From: Takakia lepidozioides
Taxonomy: Eukaryota; Plantae; Bryophyta
NCBI GenBank assembly: GCA_030704615.1
Contig: CM060731.1
Span: forward strand, 15,810,001 to 15,874,000
Reading direction: 5' to 3'
Length of the DNA stretch: 64,000 nt
Positions 11,728-24,171 of this stretch are shown in pieces. The first letter of the stretch is position 1. Every line of letters begins with the position of its first letter. The position numbers and the translations under genes were made by a program. Below the pieces are notes generated by a model. It had not been told where the DNA came from. It saw nothing but the letters and a program-made list of their open reading frames with translations, and did no database searches.

Positions 11728-14700
11728 TCATTTGTCAACTTTACGGCCCTTATATCTTGCCTTTAGCACTTTTGCGAGTTCATCCAGGCCTCCAACATCC
11801 TTTAGCTCCTGTCCCATGGCACAAAAAGGACAAGTTACATTTGTTTCAACAAGACTGCAGATGAAATGAAAGATAAGCCTGAAACAAGAGAACTAAGGCC
11901 AGCTGCTTCTCAGTGGAAATATACACACCTTGGGGCCGAGAAAAAGGCCGTAAGGAATACCACCAAACAAATCAGCATGATGCAGCTGGATCACACACGA
12001 CACAGAGACCAGTTACCAAAGTGCATCACAACTAGACTGAAGCTAGCAACAAAAACCTTATATGCAGATTCAAAGTCCTTATCACTTGAAGAAGAGAAGG
12101 GCAGAGTGCCTTCTTTAGATCAACTGTCATAAATTCCAACCTCTTATCAAACAATACCGATGTTGCACCACTACTACAAACTCATGGTTTAAGAAGGTGA
12201 AAGCTGACAATAGAGTTCGTCTCAAACATACCTGGTGGGCAGCAGCTACCTTTTGGAGGTACGGAACATCTGCAATAGGCCCAACAGGGAATCGCCGGTG
12301 GACAAGGCCATCATGTACAAACATGTAGGCCATGCCAAACATGGTTATCCCTAATCCCTGCAAGCACAAAACACCTTCAGCCTCCAGATACCCTTCCATT
12401 CAGTAAATTACAGTGTTGAGCCTCGAATGTAAGAGTTATTTGAATGGCATGTACCAGCCCTCCTGGCTCGAGAGATTGGAAAGAGAAAGAGCAAGCAGAC
12501 CAGCACACATGAGGTATGGACAAATACTGCTCAAGGGAGACAGGCCCCACAAGATTGTTGATGTTAGCAACCTCACCCCTGAGTTGCCATATCAAAAGCA
12601 TCCCACGAAAGGAAATTGCATACAGCAACTAGAACATTCCATGAAAGCATGATGTTATATGGCACTGTAGTTAGCCACAAGCAGTGGTTACATTGGGCAG
12701 TCAGTCGAAAGTACATACGCATACAAGAATGTACCCATAACACATATTTGCCGTAGCCATGTGGCCATAGACCCAAATAGAGACAGAAATCAAGATTAAA
12801 ACTTGTAACCTCTAAAGCTCAACAAAAGAGATGGTCATGTCATAAAAGGCCATGCCAGACAGTACAAAAGAGATGTCGAAATACAATGTGGTACCGGCAA
12901 TGTTCGAGTGAGTGAAACAAGCAGAGTCTGAAGGGACCACCCAATGAAAGACACAAGTGCAAACAAGCGGGGGCTTGCAGAGAACATCCTGCTATGCTTT
13001 GTGTAGTTGTTTAATGAGAAAAGGTTAAGTGTTGACTCACCGCTCCAAAGCAAAGACCCGGTACAAAGCCACTGCTAAAAAATCCATATGCCATCAGAGC
13101 AATGGCAGGAACTGCATTAATGATGGCGAATATGTCATTGAGCTCAAAAGGCCCCTCCCGCGGCCGATGGTGTGACTGCAAGTCCAGACATCAGTTCGGT
13201 AAATTAGTTCCTGGATAACCCCCTGATCTTGTATGCTTTCCAACAAGAAGAAAAATATCTTGTGCCCATGAAAAATCCTATCCCAAGCAAAAATTTCAAT
13301 GGTGCCACATCCTGCTTCAATGTAGCCATTGTACAAAGATCTAACCTCATGCATCTTCCAAAGTGAGGCATGCCACAAAGCTTGATGTGCCCAGCGTGCC
13401 CAAAACTCCATGCCCACCTGACTCACAAGGAATTGCTGATGTCAGTGTCAATTTTCAGAGAGTCTAATTGTGTGTTTTACATCTGAGTTACAAAATACAC
13501 TCTAATGGAGTACATCATCCAAACGGCACTCTACTCACCAGGAAGCCTCAGCCCAGTAGACACACCAGAAGTCTCACAAAAATCACCCAAACAAAAATTT
13601 AGTGCATGTACAAGCAGCTCCCTTACGACCTTGACGTATACATCTTCTCAGGCATCTCAAAGCCAATGTGGGCTTGAGATCAGATTCCTCTTTCCTTCCA
13701 TGCAGTGCTTTCTGCCCGCCTTACATTATTGTGATTCTGACCAGTATAATCTGGTGCTTCACCAAGTCTGTTGCTAAGGACAGTGACCCTTGTTACCAGC
13801 ACTTCAAAACTCTGACAGAAAATCGGTACTTGACGGAGACAAATGGCTACAAATGTCATAAAAGTGAATTGGAATATGTACGATAGCAGTAGGTACAAAC
13901 AGAAGTGACTGTCATGTCCACAACACATGCTTTTGACTTACAGAAGCACCAATAGCCAATGAGAATGTTCCCAGCATCTCCGCATACGGCACCTCTCCAC
14001 TACCCTGCAAAGAGTTGAGGAGGAGTTAGCAAGGATGTGTGCTTCGAAAGTACAGATGGGAAAACCTCCCCCACAGTTCTTCGAGGCATTGACGCATCCG
14101 AGACACAACAGGAAGAGAACTCAAAACCCACGGCTGACAAATGGAGGTTATCCATGCTCATGGGTAAGGCTCACACTCATGAAATAGGACGGGAATCGAA
14201 ATTTGAGGTCAATCGCTGGAGCATACCACAGCTGAACTTTGCTCACGCGAGTGTCATTGTCAGAAAGATGTGGTAAGCAAAACATGTCCAAAGGTTCAGT
14301 CTATTCGAAGACCTCCTAGCATCTAGCAAAAGCAATCAGAAGTGCAATAGACAGGATTCAACCAACGTCAACTGACGCCTTCAGGCAACGTGCATGATGA
14401 AGCTAGCCACCCAAGCCCACACATAGTAAATTTTCCGTTCAAGCTCTTGTAAAGGGGCACTTATTGTAAAATCGTTTATCGGACTCCTGGGTCTTCTCTT
14501 GTACATTAGAAGCACACGGAGTGAAGGTGGGACGCGGAAGAAGAATGGACATTTGAGTAGTCAAGCGAACATTTAAATGTAGAGATGGGACCAATCACAC
14601 CACAGGACTCACTCTCTTAATCCCCTATAGACGGTTTATCTACAGGGAGAAGGAGCAAAAGCTCGATTTCACATAAGAGGCAAAAATAATGGAGAATGCC

Positions 14701-15220
14701 CCACCTGCATTTGCCACACAAAGCGGTAGTAAACAGCTCCAGCTGCGAGGGTTGTGAACCCAATGCTGGAGGCAATAGCCGCCAGTAAATAAGCTGACCG
14801 CTCCCATTTCCTCCTTTTCATCTTCTTCAGTCGTATTTGCGCAGACCCCGCCTCATCTACCTCTACTGCCGATACCATGGACGACGCAAACTGAAAGGCA
14901 GATGAGGAGGAGGAAGAACTAGGTTCAGCCTCGCCAGAATTGCTTGGTTCTACTCTAACTTCCACTTCTGCAGGTTTATCCGGCCCTTTACCCAACACCA
15001 TACACACAGAACCGCTCAGTCTCTTGCCCGTACTCCGAGCTGCCCGTGACCCAACTACAGTCGCTGTCCACAGCTTCTCTCTCCTTTGCAGCGACAACTT
15101 GGGAACGAGAACAAGCGGCATTGTCACATTCTGACGACCATGATCCGAGGGAGCTGCATTCGACCAAACGATCCACGCGGGAATTGCACTCTTCAGCCCA
15201 CAGCTACATCCCCCCACCAT
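11728..15220 (-). CDS. BCH: Beta-carotene 3-hydroxylase (non-heme di-iron), chloroplastic, 7 exons, about 349 aa
   Basis: Exons 15220-14705, 14004-13942, 13417-13346, 13175-13041, 12357-12232, 11985-11929 and 11808-11728 join in frame (1050 nt). Motifs GMEFWARWAHQALWH, MHESHH, FELND, HDGLVHRRFP, AAAHQLHH, PYGLFLGP. N-terminus resembles a transit peptide. Confidence 0.96.
12726..12773 (-). mobile_element. Terminal fragment (about 50 bp) of family-1 LINE in BCH intron 4
   Basis: agaatgtacccataacacatatttgccgtagccatgtggccatagacc matches the family-1 3' end at about 2746-2796. Confidence 0.6.
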
Positions 15221-15570
15221 TTCTAATCCCCCGCCCCTTATCCTCCCTAAGCTATCGAGCCACAACCACCACCACCTCGTGGAGCCGATCAACCCAACCA
15301 CAACAGAGTTGCAACCCCTTCTCCTCCGCACACCAGACTCAGGAACAAAACACTCGATGCATGTCCACACAAGTGAGGGGACAGTGTGGAGCGAGAGGCT
15401 CCATAGAAGTAGAACAAGTAGAGCTCCAGTCCACAACAAAGTAACACGGGGGGCCTGAGCTTTCTCCCTCCCTCAAACGCGTGCAGCCTGTTTGCATCTG
15501 TTTGACCAACCTGCTCTCATTCCCTGGCGGCCTATCTAGCCAGCAGGAAAGCCCCTGCTGTTAGGCTTTC

Positions 15571-15580
15571 GCCACGTGGC
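15571..15580. promoter_or_regulatory. Perfect palindromic G-box GCCACGTGGC upstream of BCH
   Basis: Lies 351 bp upstream of the BCH ATG. A CE3-like ACGCGTG is at 15477-15483. Confidence 0.55.
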
Positions 15581-15993
15581 CTTCTTAGCCTCGGCTACGC
15601 GGCCGTACCATCTACCTCCACATCCTCACCCCGAAGGGAACACAGCATTCATCCGAAGGTCAGATGGAAACAGTTGAGAATGGATGAGAGATGACCCCAA
15701 TCCTTGGTCCAATGCGGAGCGCATCTGTGGACGATGGGGGCACATCTCGGCCAATCATCCGTGCCACATGATCCACAGCTTGTCCTTAAAAATGAATACA
15801 AACTTTTGGGTACTTTGTTGTTGTATTTGTTTTGTTTTATGCTAATATACCTTAACCTAATGCCAAACTTACCAGTGCCTGGGTGGGATGCTTGTGCAAG
15901 TTGCAGTTGTTGGCGATTCCGAGGGCCAATTTTCGCATTTTCACAGCCGCTTGTGTAGCGAAAGTTGCAGCCACGGATGGCTTACGGAGTGCA

Positions 15994-16325
15994 AGGGTTG
16001 GTATGGGGTGAGCACAACGGGAGGATGCTCGCGTGAGGACAACCCAAGGTAATGGGGGTTTCATTTTTTTATTTTATTTTTAAAGAAAGGGGATGGAGGC
16101 CCTTTTAATTAATTTAATAATAGAAATATTTGAATATAGCGATCGCCGTTTGGCGGTCTCTTATTTAATAGATTTTAAAAAATGCAGCGACCTTCTTTTT
16201 TTAATAAAAACTATAGCGACCGCCATTTGGCGGCGGTCATTTTTTTTTTTTTTTGAATCTTAAATAGGTGATCGCCGTTTGGCGGTTGCTTATTTAATAT
16301 ATTCTTAAATAATGCAACGACCGTT
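15994..16325. mobile_element. DNA transposon end: MULE-like TIR plus subterminal palindromic repeats
   Basis: gggttggtatggggtgagcac resembles the TIRs at 62768 and 63637. It is followed by three copies of GA(T/C)CGCCRTTTGGCGG in AT-rich sequence. No partner end was found. Confidence 0.45.
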
Positions 16326-16509
16326 GCTCTTATTTGTAATCAATTATTTCTGGTGGAACTGCATGGACAACTTGTGGTAACTCTGTGACAAGCCGATCAT
16401 ATGGCTGTGATGGCTGTGATAGTGAAGTAACTTCCTCTTCCCTCTCTGAAGGTCCCGCTTCTAATAATAGCAGTTCTCTATGCTGCTGTGCCCCTTCCTG
16501 CATAAGAGC

Positions 16510-16956
16510 TTAGGAAACATTATCATGCGGTTTCCGTGAAGCCAGTGGATCCGCCACTACAATCTTTCCCCGCCTCGGTCTCTTAGTCTGGGGTTGCCCT
16601 GCCAGTCCACCCTCACTGTGTGAAGAGCCTTGCTCTTCCATTGCAGTGGTTTCAATCTCAAACACTCCCATCTCCTTTCTTTCTCGAGCATCAAGTATGC
16701 CAGAATCAAGAATTATTTGAGCAATGATTGGGCCAGACACTATGATAGGAGACTTTGCGGCAGTGCCCTGTAATCTTTTCATCTCCTCTACCAGTGCGTT
16801 GTACATTATGTCCGCCCATTCTACCTCTTCTCCTCTCAGGGCTTTGAGTATTTTCTCTGTGAAGGATCTGCTCAAATACTGTTGGTTCTGTTTCATGGCA
16901 AACAGAACGGTAAATACCTGGCCTACCTCCCTTAGGTGGCTAGGCTTCCATTTCAA
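16510..16956 (-). pseudogene. Fragment of a transposon-associated accessory ORF
   Basis: Intronless 148-aa ORF among TE remnants. ILKALRGEEVEWADIMYNALVEEM resembles the G..V(N/D)WA motif of plant retroelement accessory ORFs. Confidence 0.35.
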
Positions 16957-17159
16957 TGACTACGGTGTGTGTGCTTTATGGCGTAATCTGAGGGTTTAAT
17001 TTTTTCCCTCCCAATAATTCATCTTGTAAGGGCATCGCCCACCAAAAAAATCTCATAATAAAGTTAACTAAGGCTCTCCCCTGTTAACCCAAAAAAAATT
17101 AAAAAAAATGTGTAACTCTGATAACTTTAAAAACACACATACTCTGATCTGTCGACTGA

Positions 17160-17435
17160 GGGGAGGAAAGCATAGGGGATTGTACATATGTGCAGCTATT
17201 CCCAGAACTATATAACAAAGGGGGAGGAAGCTGCTCCAAGATTTCCACAACTCCTGGGGCAAAGGCAACATGCTCGGAACCCATCTTCCCCACCTACATT
17301 TTCGCTGGCGGGACTCCATCCCCTCACAATGGAAAGTCCCCTAGTGAAGGGGACAATGGAGATTTCCACAAACGTCACAAAAGGGCTAGGGATACAACTA
17401 AGCGCCGCTTCATGATTTTTAAAAAAAAACGACCG
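17160..17435 (+). pseudogene. Degenerate PIF/Harbinger-type (DDE_Tnp_4) transposase fragment
   Basis: One frame reads GEESIGDCTYVQLFPELYNK...FHKRHKRARDTTKRRFMIFKK, resembling GS.HD....S.LY and FN.RH..AR..VERAFG.LK. Catalytic residues have decayed. Confidence 0.4.
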
Positions 17436-17721
17436 CCACACCCCATCTTGCGAGCTTGATGAGCTAAGCTTCTTTTATGTGATGATGCTACATTTTGTTC
17501 AAGAAGTCGGCCTTGTTGTAGACGTGGTTATGAAACTAGATGGATTGAATGATTAGCGGAAATTGAGCTAACTACTTGACGTGTTTCCAGTTGACATCCC
17601 TGTCAAACTCCGGCGAGGCGGTGGATGGTACCACGGACGTCCCTCCAGGCCCTTGGAGGCAGCTTGTTCCAGTCGTAGTGATCAAGGGAGGCGCTGTTGC
17701 AAATAATCCCATTCCTCCCCC

Positions 17722-18629
17722 GAGCGACGCTACGGCGTGAGCAGTGAGCGCACGCTCACGCGGGGCTGATGTGGCGTGAGGCCACGTCAGCGTGAGCGGA
17801 TGCCATGTCAGCGCGAACGAAGGCCATGTCAGCAAATGCCATAGGACGGGCGGTCGAAGAAGGAATACCTATTCCCGCTGGACCTATAACCATGGGAATA
17901 GGCATGTAAAGTATGATGAAATTAGACCCATTATGAAAAAAGAGCACATGGCTTCAATGAATAGGTAAGACTGTCAAGTGCTGACCTATGATGCATATTG
18001 CAAACAAGACAACTCCATTTTCAGCGACAATTGCCAATAAAAAACAAAAACAATATCCCTAAATAAACCAAAAAACCCCCAAAAAAGAAAAAAGAAAAAC
18101 GCCTAAAAAGAGGTGTGCGAAAAAAGAAAATCCTGAAGGGGTGTGCGGCACCGCACACCTCTTTCAGTGGCACCGCACACAAAAAAAAAACCCTAAGAAA
18201 ACCCTAAAAACCCTTTTTAAAAAAAACCTAAAAAGCCCTTAAAACCAAAAAACCAAAAAAAAAATCCCCTGAAAGTGGTGTGCGGCACCGCACACCACTT
18301 TCAATGGCATCTACGGGGAAAATAAAAACCCCCTAAGAACCCCCTAAGAAAACCCTAAAAACCCTAAAAAAACCCTAATTAATCATCTACTATACCACCT
18401 TCCCCTTAATTACTAATCTTCATTGTGCCCATTGTCAATATCGCAGCAATCGATTGGATCCTTGGCAACTGTGCTCTTCATATAATCTTGTCAATGGCAT
18501 GCCTACAGGGACATCATGCCCACGGTTTAGGTGCCATCCGCGGAATTGTGTACAGTATTTTTTTGCAAAATCTTGGGGCAGCATCGCTCACGTGAGCATA
18601 GGCTGACCGCTCACGATCTAGCATCCATC
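17722..18629. mobile_element. Non-autonomous MULE-like element, 908 bp
   Basis: Imperfect TIRs of about 40 bp: left gagcgacgctacggcgtgagcagtgagcgcacgctcacg, right reverse complement gatggatgctagatcgtgagcggtcagcctatgctcacg. 9-bp TSD tcctccccc (17713-17721) / ccctccccc (18630-18638). Confidence 0.7.
18110..18378. repeat. Palindromic GGTGTGCGG-CA-CCGCACACC units interspersed with degenerate telomere-like AAACCCTAA tracts
   Basis: Perfect 16-bp inverted repeat at 18270-18303, a second copy at about 18133-18167, and CCCTAA arrays at 18188-18245 and 18325-18378. Confidence 0.8.
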
Positions 18630-20417
18630 CCCTCCCCCAGGTCGCTGCAAAGGTAGAGTGGAGCTAGCTCGCTTGTTGGTCTGTTCTGGCTTTTTTGATA
18701 TCTGCACAGAGTTTTTTCCAAGTTTTTTCGTGGCCTCAATTTGAATGTCAAGGTAGAGTATTTTTGCGAGGACAGTGGAAGTCATAGCAGTTTTTGTAGA
18801 GACAGTAATTTTGTCACACCTTACTTTCCACAGGTGCTAGAGGGTGACGCTTCTAAGAGTGTCAAAGACTGCACAGTGTTGGGCTTTTGTCTTAATTGTC
18901 TGGTCATAGTTCAACAGAATGGCAGTAGGGGTGAGGTGCGCGCATGTACTGGCTCCATGTCTAGTAGAATACAATGACCAGGGGCCAAAGTGCCGATGGT
19001 GCGTGACAATGGAGCAAGCAGGGGGCGAAATTGCCATTGCCATTCCTTGGGGTCAAGTCCAGGTCAGGGAGGGGTCTCCCGCATATCCAAATAAAGGTGT
19101 GATTGGCAAGCCAGTTGCGCAACGATGTGGTGAGCAGCGGGAGGGGGTTCATCTCCTTGGCGGGGAATGACCACCAGCAAACCCTAATGGGAGTGCGGGT
19201 GAAGCGTGGGATGGAGAGGGGGAGGTAGTTTTGAAGGGTAAGCCTCATTGTGTTTGTGTCACAGTGAAACTGATACCCCTTGTAAAGGTGGGTGTTTGTT
19301 TCAGTAACAAACATAATGGTGATTGTTAATAATTCCCAATGTCCAGAAGTTGGCATTGGGTGTTGCTAGGCCTGCCGTCAGCTTGGGCAACCATAGTGTA
19401 GATGCTGATTGGACTATGGTATCGTAGGATGGCGAGGCTCTGGTTTTACCTACTGTAGCTTCAATATGGTCCTTTGGGAGGAAGGCACCATTACACCAGA
19501 TGTCTTTGACCTGACGGATGCCTCTGACCTCCCAAGCAGACCATGCATTTCCTGGATTGGTTTTTTTGCTCTAGGGTGGGCGGGTTGGTATTGAGGAAAA
19601 GGAATTGGCGGAGTGTTTCTTCATAGGTGTCGGGGTTTGATTTTGTTAGATAGGGTCTGAGTTTGGACCAAGCCTGCCAGATTGATGCCCACAGGGAAGA
19701 GCCTACTGTTTTATGCTTGAAACCATTAACTATCCATCTGAAGGAGGGGTACCAGGGGACCATTTCAGGGGCGATTTGAGGGCTATGTTGTCACAAACCA
19801 CGTGTTTCCAGGCCCCTCCTTCTGGACCCAGGAACCTCGGGATCCACTTTGCGAGAGAGCCGTGATCTGAGTTTCCGGATCTATGATGCCCAGGCCTCAT
19901 TTCTTCTTTGGTAAGCAGATTTGTTTCCACGAAACCCGAGGCCTTTTCTTTTCTGAGGGGTGCCTTGCTCCCCAAACAAAGTTGCGAAGAAGCTTTTTCA
20001 TTTCCTTGATTTGTGAAGTCTTTGGTTTCCAGGCTGAGGCAAAGAACCATTGTCCAACGGATAGGACTTGGTTGGCTGCCAGGACCTTCGGGCTATGGTT
20101 GACAAGTGATGGGAGCCCCAGTAGGCCAGCTTAGTTCTAAATTTGGCTTGCGTTGCTGCAAAAATATGCTGATCCGAGAGGTTGATGCCATAAGTGTAAC
20201 TGAGTAGGGTAGTTGACTAGCCTGGTTTCAGCCACCTGAGACCTTTGTCTTGTCCCCATAATGGATCTGTTCCCAGAGGTGAGGCTGAGGTTCCTCCAAC
20301 TAGCAGGGCACATGTTTTACTCCAGTTTACTCTGAAACCATAGGCCTGGCAAAATGCTTGAAGCGAGCTGCTGGCATTATCGAGGTTGGTTTGCGTGGCC
20401 TACAAGGCCAGGAAAGT

Positions 20418-21929
20418 GTCGTCCACAAACATTGACTCCTTGATTTGTTGTGGCTGTCAGGAAAGGGGAGAGGGGACAACCCTAGCGGACGGATCGGAGA
20501 AGGGGAAAGGATTTGGAGGGCATTTAGGAGTGCTATGCCCGATGATCCTAGTAATAGTGTTTGGACCTGTGAGCAGAATGCCTTGGGGATACCAATACGA
20601 TGGAGGGCCCCAAGAAGAAAAGACCACTCAACCTTGTCGAATGTCTTCTCGAAGTCGAGGAGGAGCATAGCGATAGCCTGGTTCGTGTTTTTGGCAAAGA
20701 TTGGAATCTCCTGGGCCAAGAGCAAATTGTCCAGAATGTACCTTCCCTTAATGAAGCCCGTCTGGCTAGGGCGAATGATAGCTGGTAGGTGGCCCGGTTG
20801 CAGGCAGATTGCCAAAGCTTTGGCGATGATCTTGTAAGCCACATTTAGTAGGGTTATTGGTCTGTAATTTCCAATGTTGGTTCTGTCTCCCTTCTTTAAA
20901 AGGAGGATGATGACTCCCTGCGACAGGTGGGTTGGCATATTCCGAGTTTGAAAGATATGGTTAGCCTGCATTTCTACAAAGTCATGAGAGATATCTGTCC
21001 ACATGGTTTTGTAGAATTCTACCGGGATTCCATCCAAGCCCGGAGTTTCCCATTCTGAAGCTTGTCCAGGGCATCCTGAAGTTCCATGTCCGTAAATCCC
21101 CCCTCTAGCGAAGATGCTGCTGAGGGGTGGAGCAATCTTGGAGTGTGTTCCAGGCAGTACCGGACCTGTGTTGGTCGTCCACAAACATTGACTCCTTGAT
21201 TTGTTGTGGCTGTCAGGAAAGGGGAGAGGGGACAACCCTAGCGGACGGATCGGAGAAGGGGAAAGGATTTGGAGGGCATTTAGGAGTGCTATGCCCGATG
21301 ATCCTAGTAATAGTGTTTGGACCTGTGAGCAGAATGCCTTGGGGATACCAATACGATGGAGGGCCCCAAGAAGAAAAGACCACTCAACCTTGTCGAATGT
21401 CTTCTCGAAGTCGAGGAGGAGCATAGCGATAGCCTGGTTCGTGTTTTTGGCAAAGATTGGAATCTCCTGGGCCAAGAGCAAATTGTCCAGAATGTACCTT
21501 CCCTTAATGAAGCCCGTCTGGCTAGGGCGAATGATAGCTGGTAGGTGGCCCGGTTGCAGGCGGATTGCCAAAGCTTTGGCGATGATCTTGTAAGCCACAT
21601 TTAGTAGGGTTATTGGTCTGTAATTTCCAATGTTGGTTCTGTCTCCCTTCTTTAAAAGGAGGATGATGACTCCCTGCGACAGGTGGGTTGGCATATTCCG
21701 AGTTTGAAAGATATGGTTAGCCTGCATTTCTACAAAGTCATGAGAGATATCTGTCCACATGGTTTTGTAGAATTCTACCGGGATTCCATCCAAGCCCGGA
21801 GTTTCCCATTCTGAAGCTTGTCCAGGGCATCCTGAAGTTCCATGTCCGTAAATCCCCCCTCTAGCGAAGATGCTGTTGAGGGGTGGAGCAATCTTGGAGT
21901 GTGTTCCAGGCAGTACCGGACCTGTGTTG
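20418..21929. repeat. 756-bp near-perfect tandem duplication inside the L1 RT
   Basis: 20418-21173 is repeated at 21174-21929. I noticed only two substitutions by eye. Confidence 0.95.
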
Positions 21930-22463
21930 GGGTTAGGGGGGAGAGGCTTGTGTCACTGTGGAACTGGGCCCTGAAGTGGCTGGCAGACATTACTGCTAGT
22001 TCTTTAGGAGTAGTCGCGGAGATGCCTGAGATTGGATCCTTGAACTCGCAATTGAGTGGCCGGCCACTCTTTTCTGCCTGGCCTTATCAAAAAAATACTT
22101 GGTCATCTTTTCGCCTTTAGTGGACCAATTTATACCAGCCTGAAGCCTAAGTTTCTCTTCCTTGAGTGTTTGGAAGAGTTCCATATGTTTTTTTGCTTCC
22201 AGGTAAGTCTGGTATGTGGCCTCATCGCACCTAGAGGATTCCATCCTGGCTTGGCATACTTTAAGGCATTTCATTAGGGTATCGAACTTTCTTTTCCTGG
22301 CCTCCGAGATTTCTTTGCTAAGCGCTTTACTAGCAGCACCAACTGCCTTCAGTTTGACAAGGAAGCGATCTGAGGGATTAAAAGTATTCCCAGCCTTCGC
22401 CCACGCCAGGGAGAGTCCCCATTTGAAGGCTGGGATGGCTAGGAGGGAAGCATTCATCCTATA

Positions 22464-22528
22464 GAGAGAGAGAGAGAGAGAGAGATGACTCCGGCCGAAG
22501 CGGGCGTAACTAAGAGCCACTTCGCCTT
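22464..22528 (-). mobile_element. 65-bp retroposed element (family 2) inserted in the L1
   Basis: AAGGCGAAGTGGCTCTTAGTTACGCCCGCTTCGGCCGGAGTCA(TC)n, flanked by the 11-bp TSD TTCATCCTATA (22453-22463 and 22529-22539). Confidence 0.85.
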
Positions 22529-24171
22529 TTCATCCTATATATACCTTTGCCTCTAACCTGACTATTCGGAATTGAGATGGTGGCTGAAACCTGGGCATGG
22601 TCAAAACCTACCGCCCGATGGGTTCCTGGGGTAGACGGGCAGTCCACTGGATGATGTTTAATGAGGCGTAGATCCTGTCAAGTCTTGCCATGTGAGGATG
22701 GGCTAACTCTCTACCATTTGTCCAGGTAAAGAATGGCTGATTTGTGATACTCGATTGCTGGTGGATCCAGTCAGTCTCAATGAGATAATTGTGGTTTTGG
22801 GCCAGTTGTAACCATCTATCGACATCCTCAGTGGCTGATCCTGCTAAACATGAGCCTCTTCTATCTGTAGGTTGTTCCACCATGTTAAAGTCCCCCGCTA
22901 TGATCCACTGGTTTATACCCTGTTGGTCCCTCATTTTGGAGTCAACTAGCTCCGACCAGAATGCCACTCTTTTGAAGGGGCAATTGGGGGCATAGATATT
23001 AAGTTTCCAAGATTGTTTGGCAAGGAGAGGGAGCAGAACTGAGCTCTACCAGGGGCCCGGGCTCCTCGATGTCAACATTTCCTTGTGAATACCTCTTGGG
23101 TGCAGTTCCGGTTTAAGGCCTACTCCCTGAGTGCTGGGTTGATTTCCCTGCCTTTGCTCTATGCAAATTTTCTCTTTTCCCTTGCAAGCTGCTTCCATTG
23201 GGTGCATCTTCCCAGCTTCGAGATACATCGGATCTGTCAAATGGCCCTGAATCTTTGTCCCTCTTGGTGTTGGGCCCTTCCTCCTCCACTGTGGGTTGGT
23301 TGGCGGTGGTGGCCCAATTTTCCCTCCCATCCCTAGGGATCTTTTCCTCTTACCTGATGGGGCAATCTGTTTTGATGTGTCCTGTTTCACCGCAGTTTAA
23401 AGCACGCCGAGGAGGCTAACTCTTCCAACAGTCTGATTGTGAAGTAATTGCCTTCTTCGTCAATGGGAAGCTTGACAAAGTCCGGCAGTGTGCCGCACCA
23501 TTTTTGCAAACCCATTGTCATTTATCAAATACTTAAAAGATATATTTTTGGATTAACTTTATTTGCATTATTTGAAGGAAAAAATTATGGCGGCCCTGGG
23601 GGACTCGAAGGTTCTAATATTAAACTCTTACTATCGATTCACCTCAAATGCAAACAAAAAAGCTTCACCAAGGACAATACAAAAGGCCGGGGTGTGACAC
23701 TCAACACCATATAAACCCAAATTCAACCAGGGTATCTCAAGGCTTCGGGGTAAATATTCGGGGTATCTTGGGAGTATATTGCATTCGTGCTTGTGAGCTA
23801 GTGTTTTTTTTAATTTTTCCAAAATCGCCACAGGTGCCACATGTAAACTCTACACAGCACCCATGTGGCGAGAATAAGGAGGTGGCAGGGCTAGAAAAGT
23901 GGCTGTATAACAATTGGCATGTTTTAACAGGTCCACGTAGATAAAGCTAAGCTCCTGATATTCAACTACCTGCGCTTTCTGGCAAATCTTTCATTTTTTA
24001 CCCCTATAATTGTACAACTAGCTAAGGTCAAAATCTGACAGGGTTTGCCGTTGCACAGCACAACGACACAACTTACTACCACAAGCGTCATGTCGCCGAC
24101 TCTAACATACGACTCCTACACATGGGTTGTGTCCGACTCTAACATATGACTCTTAACACGGGGGTTATGTC

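Larger units (their letters stand above)
18850..23035 (-). mobile_element. Decayed L1-clade LINE ORF2 (AP endonuclease + reverse transcriptase)
   Basis: Endonuclease motifs WIIAGDFNMV, FTWTN, ARLDRIY (22608-22967). RT motifs PGLDGIPVEFYK, NYRPITLLNVAYKIIAKALA, QTGFIKGR, LDFEKTFDKV, RSVR*GCPLSP (nonsense codon) and FVDD. Multiple frameshifts. Ends are approximate. Confidence 0.92.

Noticed and set aside
15221-15439. In-frame upstream extension of BCH exon 1
   Set aside because: It starts at a non-ATG codon. The ATG at 15220 already gives a normal-length precursor.
20327-21793. 488-aa ORF as a novel tandem-RT protein
   Set aside because: It is a by-product of the duplication and frameshifts, and lacks in-frame QG and YADD-type motifs.
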